Position numbers and translations under genes: made by a program
Part shown: piece by piece, positions 43,166 through 56,068 of the stretch
Position numbering within the stretch: the stretch's first letter is position 1
Layout: every line of letters starts with the position of its first letter
NCBI GenBank assembly: GCA_032718475.1
Contig: JAUCBJ010008400.1
Location: 20,032 to 84,031, forward strand
Length of the DNA stretch: 64,000 nucleotides
Reading direction: 5' to 3'
DNA from: Nemertoderma westbladi
Lineage: Eukaryota; Animalia; Xenacoelomorpha
The notes under the pieces: generated by a model
Database searches by the model: none
Seen by the model: the letters and a program-made list of their open reading frames with translations, nothing else
Told to the model about the DNA's origin: nothing

Positions 43166-44209
43166 TCAATCTGATACTGTTTTTATATGTTCCTTATTGT
43201 AATCTGCTACCTCTTCACTTGCTTTTGTAACTTTTATTTTCTTTGTAGGTATAGAATCATTGTTGGGAATGGAAGATGTTTGAGATGTAGATCTGCGCTT
43301 TCTATCACTCGAGGTCTCTTCGATGTATGTCTTTGGATTAAATGTGGATGAAACTACTTCTGGAAATGACTTATTAACCTTAAACTTCCAAGTTGGTTGA
43401 TATAGAATCGCGAAACCGTCTGCTATATCAGTTGATGAAACATTTAACATCATATCGTAGAGAAACTCTATATATGGTATGTCTTTATCGTAATGTAACT
43501 GTAAATATTTGCTTTCCTTGTCTGTAATAATTACTTTTTTTTCTTGTACATTTATTTTTACTTTAAGTCGGTCAGATAAAGCTTTATCGTCCGTATCTAG
43601 CTCTGAAAAGACACCTTCGTTACTAATTTCATAATTCCATTCATACCACAATGAATTTACTTCCGATGCTGTTAAGTTAAACCCATTATAATACCTAAGA
43701 CCAATAGCATCAGAATATCTAGCTGAAATCTCCCATAGTCCCATATAAGTCGTTCCTTTATATTTGCTTACAAAACCAACAAAAGATGGGTTGGTTAAAT
43801 TAACAACAGAACACTGATTTATTATTTCGAGTGGTGGTGATAACAATTCTAATATTTCTGTCTTACTCTGAAGCAATAATTTAATGAGTGATTTGTTTAG
43901 AATTTGACATTTGCCTTGCTTCTGAGTATATACGTTTTCAGTAATAACACAGGTGGAAATATTTAACTTTCCTCTTGTAAATTCTATATTAGGATAAATA
44001 TTACCTCTTGAAACTGGTGATTCCTTTTGTCGGTTGATTAATATTTCTAAGACGTCTAGAAGGTAGAGTGTATCCTGGTAAGAGAAGCACGTTGTTACAT
44101 TGCTATCGCTTGAGAGTAATATAAAGTACTTGCCATAAACAATACTACAGGTATATTTATTAAATGTAAATTTCCAAGTATTGTTTGAAGTTTTTTTAAA
44201 TAAATCCAT
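43166..44209 (-). CDS. Polinton protein with probable PC4-like ssDNA-binding domain (347 aa)
   Basis: GFVSKYKGTTYMGLWE...GFNLTASEVNSL resembles PC4 (V..FKG..YV.IR....KGI.L...W..L); basic NLS-like tail; homologue at 56069-57135. Confidence 0.55.
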   Translation of the reverse strand: MDLFKKTSNNTWKFTFNKYTCSIVYGKYFILLSSDSNVTTCFSYQDTLYLLDVLEILINRQKESPVSRGNIYPNIEFTRGKLNISTCVITENVYTQKQGKCQILNKSLIKLLLQSKTEILELLSPPLEIINQCSVVNLTNPSFVGFVSKYKGTTYMGLWEISARYSDAIGLRYYNGFNLTASEVNSLWYEWNYEISNEGVFSELDTDDKALSDRLKVKINVQEKKVIITDKESKYLQLHYDKDIPYIEFLYDMMLNVSSTDIADGFAILYQPTWKFKVNKSFPEVVSSTFNPKTYIEETSSDRKRRSTSQTSSIPNNDSIPTKKIKVTKASEEVADYNKEHIKTVSD

Positions 44210-44759
44210 AATTAGAATGAAAACTATTTTGAAAAATAAAAACTAAATAAATGATTATTAGAATGTAAAACTTCGGTTTATATGCTTGCTTTAATAAAAC
44301 AGAGTGACTTACAGTGAGGAATATAGTTGCTTCGTGTAACAGATGCAACGTGTACAGCTAAATTTATTACATTAGCGTGAGTTAGAGAGTGAAATAGCAG
44401 TAACGTGTAACAGATGCAACGTGATCAATGCTAGCCCTGTCATTCTAACTTATATTCAACTTAGTTGATCGATCAGTTACATCGATAAAAGAAATCGATT
44501 ATTATTAATAGTTGAATTAATGTATTCTACGCTATAGTAATTATGTTAAGGAACTAGAAGCTATTTATAAACATCTGCTACCAGTGATGAAGATGAAGAA
44601 TTCAATGACTATGGTATAACTCAGATATTTATCGCCTTTTTCTCTCGAGGTTGGATGGAAGAGTGATTGGTGAGTTGTGAGGAGTTATATCGGTCCCGGG
44701 TTCGAACCCTGTTGAATATTTTGTTATCTGAAAAATTGCAAAATTAAATTTAGTTACTA

Positions 44760-45074
44760 GTGAAAAATAGCGATTTGAAAAATAATAGAAGTTACCTGAT
44801 GCTAAGTGTAGACACCCGAACACCTGTAAAATAAAGGTTGGTGATTGGATGCAGTACTAGCGTTGGGTGACTAATAACGCCTCTAGCGGAATAAGCGGGA
44901 ACTTGAGAAGTTACCATGGTTACGGATGAAATGCTGACATCTGATTGGTTGAAATAATAACGACCACTGCAAAAGGTTGAAATGGTGGCTTCTGATTGGC
45001 TGCAGTACCAGAAATGGATGGTAATGATGGACTACGGGTGACCTTGGCCGAGGTTCCATGTAATATATACTACT
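44760..45074 (-). repeat. Polinton B right TIR (315 bp)
   Basis: Reverse complement of 27132-27446, ends ACTACT. Confidence 0.95.
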
Positions 45075-45862
45075 CCTATTCTTACGGCCGACTATGACCT
45101 TAGAGTATTATAACACTCATGGCTTCACATATTACATTAATACAGTGCACTAATATAATCGCCATTTTAATGGTAAAGTATGGGACAATTTTCAATTGGC
45201 CGCCATGATATTTCTGAGGGAGTGAAGATGAAACTAATTGTATTATACGATGACGCAACACAAACGTGCTTTGCATTCCACTGGGTGATTAGGCTGAGTT
45301 ACATCTCTGTGAATAAACTAAAAATGTCACTATTTTAGGTAAAGTATGGGACATCACAAGATTAACTTTATCGATTTCATTACAGAGGAATGAAACACTG
45401 GTGAAATTAAATGAAACCAAAAAAATTCGAAAATGGGTTTGTTTTTGATTTGGTACATGCTCAGAAATGTTAATTTATTGGTCATAGGAAGTGCCTACAG
45501 GAAACGAAACTTTTGCACACTTTTGTTCACATTTTGTGCAGAGCAGGTGCATAATTTGTAATTCGACTATTTTTGATAAACCACCTGTGTTGATACAATT
45601 TTTAGCACTGAATTCATGAAGTACGATAAATTTTGACCTAAAATAAGTATAAATTCAAAGCTACATCTCATTTTTAGAAATTAGTGGGGAGGTTGAGCTT
45701 TTCATGGAATGAGCCCTAAGTCGATTTTTGTGGTTCTGAAATAATCGATAAAAACTGTTTATTTTTTAGAGAGATGTCTCAGTTTACTTGTTATTGTGTT
45801 TTTTGACAAATAAATATATATGGAATTCATATAACTAAACTTTCTATTTAATTTAGAATCAC

Positions 45863-46044
45863 CTTTGAAATATATTGCGATTTTTTTTGTAAAATTCGGA
45901 CTTATGGTGTTTTGCCAAAACAAGGGGGAACACCGCTTTCTTGTATTATCCCGTAACTATACGATAGTTACGGGGTATTGCCTAGAAAACAAGGTATCCT
46001 CAATAAGTCCGAATTTTTACAAAAAACACGCAAAATATATCAAA
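45863..46044. repeat. Imperfect ~180-bp palindrome
   Basis: GTAAAATTCGGACTTAT / ATAAGTCCGAATTTTTAC arms with central CCCGTAACTAT-acg-ATAGTTACGGG hairpin. Confidence 0.7.
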
Positions 46045-46744
46045 TTATAGCCAAGGCGTATCGTACGTCCTTAATTATTTAGTGCGTAGTGCGCACGTAA
46101 TACATGTGCGCATTTGTTATTAGCTAATACGTGCTATCTAACATGTCAACTAGCACATGATCAGGTGTTAGTATTACCTGTGAACGCAATAATAACAAAT
46201 AAGCACATACAATACAGCTAACACACTTGCGCACATGTTGGAAATTTTTGAATTTAATTTCTAAAGTGCTCCATAAGATTTTGATATTTTGGTATCAATT
46301 GCTTCTAAAATAAGTACGGGACTGTAGTTAGAATCATGTATCAATACAAATTGAACAAAATGTAGCCAAATGCAGAACTATAAGAACAAAATTTAGATTC
46401 AGAAGCGGAACTCTAAGTACAAAATATAGCCATGGGTGGTACTCGACAGTAAGAACAAAGTCTAGCTACAGGGTTACAGCTACGTTAAAGTAAAGTTCAC
46501 TTACAGTACGTCATGACGAATAATTAAAGACCTGTTTTTTCTACAGTACATTTTGAGCAACTCTATCAGCAACTTGGTGAGCTGAGCATGCCAGGTTGCC
46601 GATCAAGTTGCTCTATGTAAGCGCGAAGTTTGTTGCTGTAAAAGATGCCTCATATAACGGAGACTAAAAGTTAATGGTTACTCAAATTAAGTTGCTTGTT
46701 GCTGACCAAGTTATCCAAAACGTCCGGAACCCCATAGCAACTTG

Positions 46745-48150
46745 GACACAAACATTAAATGAAGGACAGATATTTATCAGCGCCACAAACATTAATGTGG
46801 GACAAACATTAATCAGGGGGACAAATATTAATCAGGTGGACAAACATTAATGAGGGACAAAAACATTAATGAGGGACACAAACATTAATGAGGGACACAA
46901 ACATTAACGAGGGACACAAACATTAATGAGGGACACAAACATTAATGAGGGACACAAACATTAATGAGGGACACAAACATTAAAGAGGTACACAAACATT
47001 AATGAGGGACACAAACATTAATGAGGGACTCAAACATTAATGAGGGACACAAACATTAATGAGGTACACAAACATTAACGAGGGACACAAACATTAATGA
47101 GGGACACAAACATTAATGAGGGACACAAACATTAACGAGGGACACAAACATTAATGAGGGACACAAACATTAATGAGGGACACAAACATTAATGAGGGAC
47201 ACAAACATTAATGAGGGACACAAACATTAAAGAGGTACACAACATTAAAGAGGAACACAAACATTAATGAGGGACTCAAACATTAATGAGGGACACAAAA
47301 ATTAATGAGGTACACAAACATTAATGAGGGACACAAACATTAATGAGGTACACAAACATTAAAGAGGTACACAAACATCAATGAGGGACACAAACATTAA
47401 TGAGGGACTCAGACATTAATGAGGGACACAAACATCAATGAGGGACACAAACATTAATGAGGGACACAAACATTAAAGAGGTACACAAACATTAATGTGG
47501 GACACAAACATTAATGAGGGACTCAAACATTAATGAGGGACACAAACATTAATGAGGTACACAAACATTAATGAGGGACACAAACATTAATGAGGGACAC
47601 AAACATTAATGAGGGACACAAAACATTAATGAGGTACACAAACATTAAAGAGGTACACAAACATTAATGAGGGACACAAACATTAATGAGGGACTCAGAC
47701 ATTAATGAGGGACACAAACATTAATGAGGGACACAAACATTAATGAGGGACACAAACATTAATGAGGGACACAAACATTAACGAGGGACACAAACATTAA
47801 TGAGGGACACAAACATTAATGAGGGACACAAACATTAATGAGGGACACAAACATTAATGAGGGACACAAACATTAAAGAGGTACACAAACATTAATGAGG
47901 GACACAAACATTAATGAGGGACTCAAACATTAATGAGGGACACAAAAATTAATGAGGTACACAAACATTAATGAGATACACAACATTAATGAGGGACACA
48001 AACATTAATGAGGTACACAAACATTAATGAGGGACACAAACATTAATGAGGTACACAAACATTAATGAGGGACAAAAACATTAATGAGGGACACAAACAT
48101 TAAACGAGGGACAGATATCAATCAAGGGCACAAACATTAATCATGGGCAC
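46745..48150 (+). repeat. 19-bp satellite array (~70 units)
   Basis: ATTAATGAGGGACACAAAC units. Confidence 0.95.
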
Positions 48151-48728
48151 CATCATTCCATTCCATACATGTTACCACCCATACACATACAATATATTAC
48201 ATTATTACAATTCTCATTACTGGCAAGCAATACAATAACAACAATAAATAATAACATATTAATGTGACCAAACCAATGTTATTTAAATAAATTAAACCCA
48301 TGTTATTACCAATTGAGGGGAAAGATCAGGTTACAGAGATGGTTTTTCTAACCAAAACAATAAACGATGTTGTTACTAATAAGGGAAGGAGTAAAAAAAT
48401 GATGAACATGAAGGGGAGACAGGAATGGGGGGGGGGGGGTAATATGAATGGTGGGGGTAGGAGGTAAATTGAAAATATGGGGGTATAACAGGCGGGGGGG
48501 GGGGGGGGGGGGGTAGCAGAAAACAGGCAGCTCAACAACGTAACCAAACGTCGCTTTCAATTAATTTCCATCTAATTAGTTAGATGGAATGTATACAAAG
48601 CGGCGCTACTTTGATCGAAGCTCACGTTCCCATGGTAGTATTTTTTCAGTTAATCACTTAATATCTGATCGTCTGATGGCAAGCATCACCATCGCTCATA
48701 TTAATATCCATTGGCAAGCATTCACCCC

Positions 48729-49307
48729 TATTAATGTTTGTGCCCCTGATTAATGTGTGTCCCTCATTAATGTTTGTGTCATACATTAATGTTTGTGTCC
48801 CTCAATAATGTTTGTGTCCCTTGTTAATGTTTGTGCCCCTTATTAATGTGTATCCCTCATTAATATGTGTCCCTCATTAATGTTTGTGTCCCTCGTTAAT
48901 GTTTGTGTCCATCATTAATGTGTGCCCCTCATTAATGTTTGTGACCCTGATTAATGTAAGTCCCTCATTAATGTGTGTACCTCATTAATGTTTGTGTCCC
49001 TCGTTAATGTTTGTGCCCCATATTAATGTGTGTCCCTCATTAATATGTGTCCCTCATTAATATGTGTCCCTCATTAATGTTTGTGTCCCTTGTTAATGTT
49101 TGTGTCCATCATTAATGTGTGCCCTCATTAATGTTTGTGACCCTGATTAATATCTGTGTCCCTTATTAATGTATGTGCCCTTGATTAATATGTGTCCCTA
49201 ATTAATGTTTTTGTCCCTTATTAATGTTTATACCACTTAATGTGTGTCCCTGATTAATGTTTGTGTCCCAGATTAATGTTTGTGTTCCCTCAATAATGTT
49301 TGTGTCA
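48729..49307 (-). repeat. Inverted, more diverged copy of the 19-bp satellite
   Basis: GTTTGTGTCCCTCATTAAT units. Confidence 0.92.
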
Positions 49308-50787
49308 TGGCCGCAATACAAACCAGTATATAAATGAGAAAGTACGGGGTTTTGCCAGGCTATTGTTTCTGATTTAAGGGGTTTTACAGGTTGTTATATC
49401 TGATTTAAGGGGTTTTGCCAGGTGGACTGAATTTCATATACTTGAATTTACGGTGATTTACAAGCCAATTATTGACTTGTGGGGTTCTGCCTCGAAGTGG
49501 GCATAAGTTACGGGGAACTGTCTTTGGCTTATAACTCAAAAATGGCTGGTAGAAAAGCTTCGGGGTTCTGCCAGACGAAAAAGCCGATATCGAATTACCC
49601 AAAAAGTCAAAAACATGAAAATCGAAAAAAATCGACTTAGGGGGTTCTGCCTTGAAGGTGGCGATTTATAGGAATGGTTTGTTTACAAACAAAGAAACGA
49701 AGAAACCTTTACCACTCGGTAAAGGTTTCTGGTGTGACTCAATTGGGGTAATTCGTTCACCATTGGGGTGATTTTGGGTTAAAATTTAAATGTGACTAAA
49801 ATTAACCAAATCTGTCCACAGGAATTTTTTTGCGTACAAATTCCCCATAGAACACATTGGAATATTTCAGTCGCCTTCACTTCAAATTTAACCATTTAGT
49901 TACCAATTGGGAAAAAAATTAACATTTTGGGAAGGTCGGGCTACGACATGTAAAAAACAAAATTATGTAAAATTCTTAGAATAACGAAAATTAAATAAAC
50001 AATTTTCAGAGAATAAAATTCCTAGGAAGTTGTAAATCCCTCCGAGTAAGCTCCACTTACTACAGTATATACTAATGTTGTATGCTTTGCGCCCGGTGTG
50101 GGAGAATTCTCACAAAGGATCCTCCCACGTTGTGTTGTTTTTAGATTTAGATTAACAAAAGCATATCCGAGTAGTTTATTTTTCAACATCAATCATCGAG
50201 AATATCCTTATTAGTAATTTTAATGATATATTATTATAATATAATAATATTGGACATTTTAAAATTCAAACGGTAGAACTCGTAGAGCACACCAAATTAA
50301 GTATATTGCTTTATAGCTGTACCATACCAGGTGATTGGTAATTATAACTTAAGTGAAAAAACGGATTTTTTGTATACAATCAATAATTGATTATCTTATT
50401 AAATATTAACAGACTGTAAATAACTCTATTTAATATTCTACAGTTTACAACAATTTATAACGTCATGCAAGTTATCTCCACGCTATTATTTGCTTTACAC
50501 ACAACAATGGCTGCTTCCAACTTTACATGTCCTGTTGGAGTGACATGAAAAATTTCCTCTGAAAGTGACGGCATAAAAAAGGCGTATCAAGATAAGATAG
50601 CGAGGTTTATAAAAAGTAACCCCCAGTTTCAAAACGAAACAACCACTGTGGGAGGTTGTTTGGCTTGCGGTGCGATAGCATACATTGCTTCTGGTTATGT
50701 TGATGGCTTTGGCCAGGAAAAAGGCACCATTGAGTTTCATAGTCATGATTGCAAAAACCAAAATTGTGTTCAACTGGTCGAGGATGG

Positions 50788-51298
50788 TTGTGGGGCGAGC
50801 CACGAAGTTGGCGGAGCCTTAGCGAATTGACACTGTTAGGGGGTGGGTCAATTTATGCAAATAGTTGTCGTCGTCGTTGTCGTCGTCGTCGTCGTTGTCG
50901 TCGTCGTCGTCGTCGTCGTTACGATTTTGACATGCTAATAACTTTGTCGGATTTAAAGCTGCCAAGTTGAAAATTTGTAGGTATCAATATGAGCAAAAGT
51001 TGAGATTTTTGAGAGACTTTCAGACACCATCAGTGCAATGGTCTCCCGCTAGAGGGCCACATGTCTAAACATTAAATGCCCTCCCATTTCTTTGCTTTTA
51101 ATCCGTTTAAGCTGAAACTTGGCAGATATGTATTAGACCATTAGCTGTGACTTTCAAAGGAGGCGAATCCATCTGCAGTTCTCCAGTCTGCCGCTAGAGG
51201 GCCAACGTGACTATTTGCATAAATTGACCTACCCCCTAACAGTGTCAATTCGCTAAGGCTCTGCCAACTTCGTGCTGCGCGAAGTCCCCACTTCGTGT
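50788..51298 (+). mobile_element. Small non-autonomous element with ~65-bp subterminal inverted repeats and (GTC)n, Helentron/DINE-1-like
   Basis: CGAAGTTGGCGGAGCCTTAGCGAATTGACACTGTTAGGGGG..GCAAATAGT inverted at about 51210-51273; ends shared with 18718-19070. Confidence 0.65.
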
Positions 51299-52083
51299 AT
51301 TTACTACATGCAGGTTGTCCTTCGTGATCATGGTGAGAGGGATGATCCTTATGTGAGATTGTTAAATATTGTGAAGTGGCTGCAGAATGATGTCGCAGTA
51401 ACATATGAATCATGCCAAGTGATATGTTGCAACGGCGAAGATCAGTGTCCCGCAATCGTTTGGAAAGAAAGGGTCACCGACAACCAAACCCCAACCACAG
51501 CGGATAACATCGAAACCTCATTGGCGGACGGATCCAACAATGTCCAATCAACCTGGGATTTGGTTGTGGCCATTATTGCTGCCGTTGTTTTAGGTGGAGG
51601 GCTTCATCAGAGACAATAAATATTCAAATGAAACAAAATGTTGAAACTAAAATATTGATATATGCAAGAATTCATTATCTAATAGATCATGGATAAATCT
51701 ATTTATCTTGAGCACGCGAACTTAAGCAAGTTCGAAACAAGTTCGATTTGATCTGGAGTCAAAAGTTCGAGAGGCATTTGCCCGTAACTTTAGAAAATAT
51801 TGGAACTTTTTCTCTAGTATGCCCATACTATACTACTATTTATAATGACCTTTTAAGACACACCTTTTAAAAATCGAAGTTTACCTTTATTTCAAACAAT
51901 GTAACACATCTCAACCCAAGAACTACCAAAATAAAAATCACTAAAACAAACAACAATGCTGGGTACCGTAGTCTATTAATAATTAAAACTCGTCTATGGA
52001 ACAATCTGGATAAGAGCCTCACAGGAAATAAACATCGCCAAATATTCGACACCAAAATAAAACTCCATTTTTATACAAAATAT

Positions 52084-53725
52084 ACTACTACTAGGTCGAG
52101 CGAACTCGGACAGTGGAAATGAGATCCTTCCAGGCTTCCCGATTCTCCATAGTTGTCGCAATTTCGTTTCTCCCAAGTTCAGTATCCCTTTCAAGTTGAT
52201 CTATATATGTTATTGCCGGTCGTCCACGACCACGCTTTCCATGAGTTGGTTGCCAGAGAAGTAGATCTGGTATGACCTCATCTTTACTTTGCCAGCAGTG
52301 CCCACTGAATCTTAATCTGCGTTCACGGAGGGTGGTTGATACAGGTGGTATTGTACCATAAAGCTCGGCGTTTCTCATTTGTTGTCTACAGCTGATGTTT
52401 AGGGCTGCCCTTAGTAGTCTTGTGTAGCAACCATCAATTCGTTGTTCAAGTGATTTAGTCAGTGTCCAGGTCTCACGTATAAAAATACACTTTCCACTGT
52501 GGCTCGAAAGAACTTAGTCTTTAGCTGCCTGGAGAGATCTGATTTCCAGATGGTATCCATTTTTGATAGAGCTACCCAAGCCTTTGCTTTCCTAACTTCT
52601 ATGTCCTTTTTGCTACTCTCTATCCATGATCCAAGGTACTGGAAGTCATAGACCTTCCTTAGTTGATTATTATCAATGGTTGTCAAGTTTCCATCAACAT
52701 TAAAGGTCATGAATTCGGTCCTGGTAGCATTTATATGCAATGCAACCTCCTTAGCAGCCCTCTCCACTTTATTTAGTAGAAGCTGTGCATCTGCTAGCGT
52801 ATTAGAGAGCAGGGCGATGTCATCCGCAAAGTCGGTGTCTGTGACTGTAGTTGCCGGATATCTACTACTTCTGCGTTCCTGAGGTGTGAATCCCAGATCT
52901 TCACCCTTTGTGGCCGTCCTCATTGCGTAATCCAGCACAATTACAAATAGTAATGGTGCTAATGTGTCATCTTGCAGTACGCCAGCCAGGATTGAGAAAA
53001 ACTCAGTTTCACCATCTGGTGCGAGTACCTGCGCTTCTGTGTCACAATATAACAATCCAATGCCAGCAACAATTACTTCTGGTATTCCATAAGCTCTTAG
53101 GATTTCAAGCATTTTACCTCTATGGATGGAGTCGAATGCCTTCTTGAAGCCCACAAAAGTCAGGACTTCGGGGAGATTCTTCTACTTAATTCCTTCAATC
53201 AGTCTCCGTAGTGCAAGTATCTGAGCTATTGGTGATCTACTTGGTCGAAATCCGTTTTGGCTCTTACGCAGTAGATTGTCTATGTGAGGCCTAATCCTAT
53301 ATAGAATCATTTTATTGTATATTTTGGCAGCTACCACAAGCAGACAGATCCCACGATAGTTTGTTGGTATGCCGAGGTCTCCTTTCTTGGGGAGAGGCTT
53401 TAGTTGACCTTTAGTCCATATTGGTGGTGGCTTTTCCCCTTTTAACATCCGGTTGCAACCATTCAATAATGGTCTGTTTAGCACTCTGGTTTTCCATACC
53501 TCCGCTGGGATTTCATCTAATCCACTCGCTTTATTATTGGACATGGTTTTGATGCATCTTTGGAGTTCGGCATGTGTGAAGTCCCCTGTCTCTAGGTAGT
53601 GTCTTGTCATATATTTTCCTTGTAGGGCTGACCTCCATGTTTGGTGGCTGCCCAAGCAAGTTGCTGAAGTGATTTTTCCACTTCCCCACACGTTCTTCGG
53701 GACTATCGGGTTTGAGGCGCCCCTT
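52084..53725 (-). mobile_element. RTE-clade LINE, 5'-truncated and frameshifted RT
   Basis: NYRGICL, QNGFRP, FKKAFDSIH, GVLQ.DTLAP, FADDIAL, YLGSW, FSGHC; (TAG)n tail. Confidence 0.9.
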
Positions 53726-55742
53726 TGTGTCTTTTTTAGACACAAACGTACACTTTTCTGAGGAACTACTGGAAGAAATCTCAAGATAATTTCAGGAAAT
53801 ATTCACAACAACGATTGGCCTATGCATGACTAGAATTTTGTTGTTTGGGTGCTTTCTTAAGAAGTTATTAAAATCACAGCTGTTGAACAGCTGTTCCCTG
53901 CACAGTTTGGGAAAGTACTCAGAATCTCTAAGTAATCTCCCTCTCCAGGGGAATTTGGACGCAAATAACAGCTGATTACTCCCAAAAATATAACTGTAAC
54001 ATGTTCTATTGTGTTTAGTTTATTGTTTGGGTTAAAATAACGTGCCACTGTAACCTGCTCCTTTCCCTAAATTGAGAATTTAACATTGAGGCGGGATATT
54101 AATTCGCGGGTTTTGCGTTCAGTCCCCCCCCCGCCCCCCTGTCTGTAATTTTCTTGTTTATCTATAATGTTTGGCATTGTTGCTTACCCTATTCAATTTA
54201 ATTAATAATGAAGATCCCGTTGATGCCATTGATGTTTTATTTTCTACTATATAATATACGGTAAATTATAAACCCCCACAGCTCACAATGTATTTCTGTA
54301 TTTTCCCCTTAAAACGACCTTATTAACATAACAAATCAATGCTCCCACCAAAGCGTACTTTGTCATCTGTCCTATGTATAGTTGGCCTTATTGAGTGTAG
54401 ATATCATTTTGTGGATCAAAAAATTACTGCCAGAAACAGATTCTCCATCATCGATTATCTCAAAAAGCATAATATAGTGAGTGTGAATGAATGGCCATTA
54501 TGATTAATCTATATTCCTTTACACTGTAGCACTATGGTGGCCCATGGCTGCCAGCTCTTGATAAAATATTTAAATAATAAATAAGTGGAAAAAATATCTT
54601 GAAAAAAAATAATTAAAAAAAGATATCTTAAAAAAAATCTCGGTAAAAAATAACTTGGAAAAGAAAGGTAAAAAAATACTCGCGAAAAAATTTCCATATA
54701 ATATTCTTGTATTCTTGTATTAATTTTACGGTTTATAGCAATTGATAAAAAACCAAGGAGAACTCATAGAGCACACCTATATAAAATGTTAAAGAATATA
54801 CAAACAAAGATAAATAAAATACATAAACAAAAAATAATTATATTATATTTTATTTATATTTAAACGTCAAGCTACTAATAGTAAAAAACCGTACCGGTAG
54901 GTATGTACAACAAGTAAATAAAAATCGACTGGAGACCCAGACATGAGTAGTAGGAGAAGCAGTGTCCCCCTCATAGTCCTCCCTAGCTTGGGCTATGGGC
55001 ATTCCATTCGGAGGCAATTAAAAAATGCCAAATTCTGGTGCTAAATTGCGGTGCGCACCATATGTCACCATCGGCAGTTGCCATCAACCAATCGTAGCGT
55101 AGCCTAACCTCGCGATGCCCGCCTTACTCGACTACTGACTAACTACTAACCCTAATGTTATTCACCTTTTCGCCACGTTACCACCACCACCGCCACGCTA
55201 CCACCACTGTATACTGTATATGGTGACGACGTGGCCATCTACACGCATCATGCATATACCCTCCCTCGATATTATATATTATATTATATCAATTGCCAAC
55301 TCAACGACTGCTGTCGCCAAACCAACAAACCAACCAACCAGCCAGTATGATACATGAAATTCCGCCACGCGTCAACTACGCGTATACGAGCATTTCCATA
55401 GTAGTTACTCATCCTAACCGATCCCTCAGCATCTGTGCCATATTGAAAGGCTACTACTAACATTATACTGTGCGTTTTTATTATAATTATTGATTATTAT
55501 TACGCACAACCCAATGATTCATATTCTTTCACATATTTCCTATCCACGCAACCATTCATCCACATTGCAACCCATCTCTTTTCTTATTCGTCGATGATTA
55601 TGCCACATCCCATCTCTTCTACGTTGATTATGCCACATCCACACGTATTCAAAAATTTATATATAACTGAATGTTTTTGTTAAAATTCATCACTTGTAAT
55701 CTTCATGGTAATACCATGAAGAGATACCATATCTAATTTTTT

Positions 55743-55992
55743 GTTCTCACTCTGAAATTGTTGTTATTTCCTTAATAATTTCTACATTATCTTACTCGTT
55801 GTATATTCGTTGGTCGGAAAACAACACCTCATAAAATGATACTGATTCCAGCATTGGGTATCGATCAAAAAAACGAAAATCTGAGCTATGTGTCTTGCTC
55901 AGTTTTTGTTTTTTGATCGATACCTAATGTCGAACTCAGCATCATTTTTCTTAGGTGTCGTTTTCCGACCATCACAATTTTAGAGTGAGAAC
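55743..55992. repeat. Long imperfect hairpin / MITE-like palindrome
   Basis: TGGTCGGAAAAC...GATCAAAAAA...CTGAGC-loop-GCTCAG...TTTTTTGATC...GTTTTCCGACCA plus outer GTTCTCACTC/GAGTGAGAAC. Confidence 0.75.
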
Positions 55993-56068
55993 TATGGTGT
56001 CAATTTATTACAGCGATACGGTTTAAAATTTATCACTTGTAATATTTTTCGTATTTATTATTATTATT

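Larger units (their letters stand above)
27132..45074. mobile_element. Complete Polinton/Maverick 'B' (adintovirus-like endogenous virus), 17,943 bp, 6-bp TSD CCTATT
   Basis: AGTAGT...ACTACT termini, 315-bp TIRs, CCTATT at 27126-27131 and 45075-45080, full core gene set. Confidence 0.97.
25763..45715. mobile_element. Middle non-autonomous TIR DNA transposon, 4-bp TSD CTAA, inserted in the outer element's left TIR
   Basis: CTAA|GGCTCATTCCA ... TGGAATGAGCC|CTAA; recurrent AAAGTAYGGGAC motifs; internal repeat unit continues across the Polinton insertion. Confidence 0.8.
25736..49663. mobile_element. Outer non-autonomous TIR DNA transposon, 4-bp TSD ATTT (compatible with Sola1 AWWT targets)
   Basis: ATTT|CGCCACCTTCAAGGCAGAA.CCCCTAA[insert]CTAAGTCGATTTTT ... 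AAAAATCGACTTAGGGGGTTCTGCCTTGAAGGTGGCG|ATTT. Confidence 0.8.

Noticed and set aside
46745-49307. CRISPR-like appearance of the 19-bp arrays
   Set aside because: Head-to-tail units with no unique spacers, no cas genes, eukaryotic context
50495-51619. Short ORFs around the DINE-like element as a host gene
   Set aside because: No recognisable domain; poly-Arg is a (GTC)n microsatellite; small host exons cannot be excluded by eye
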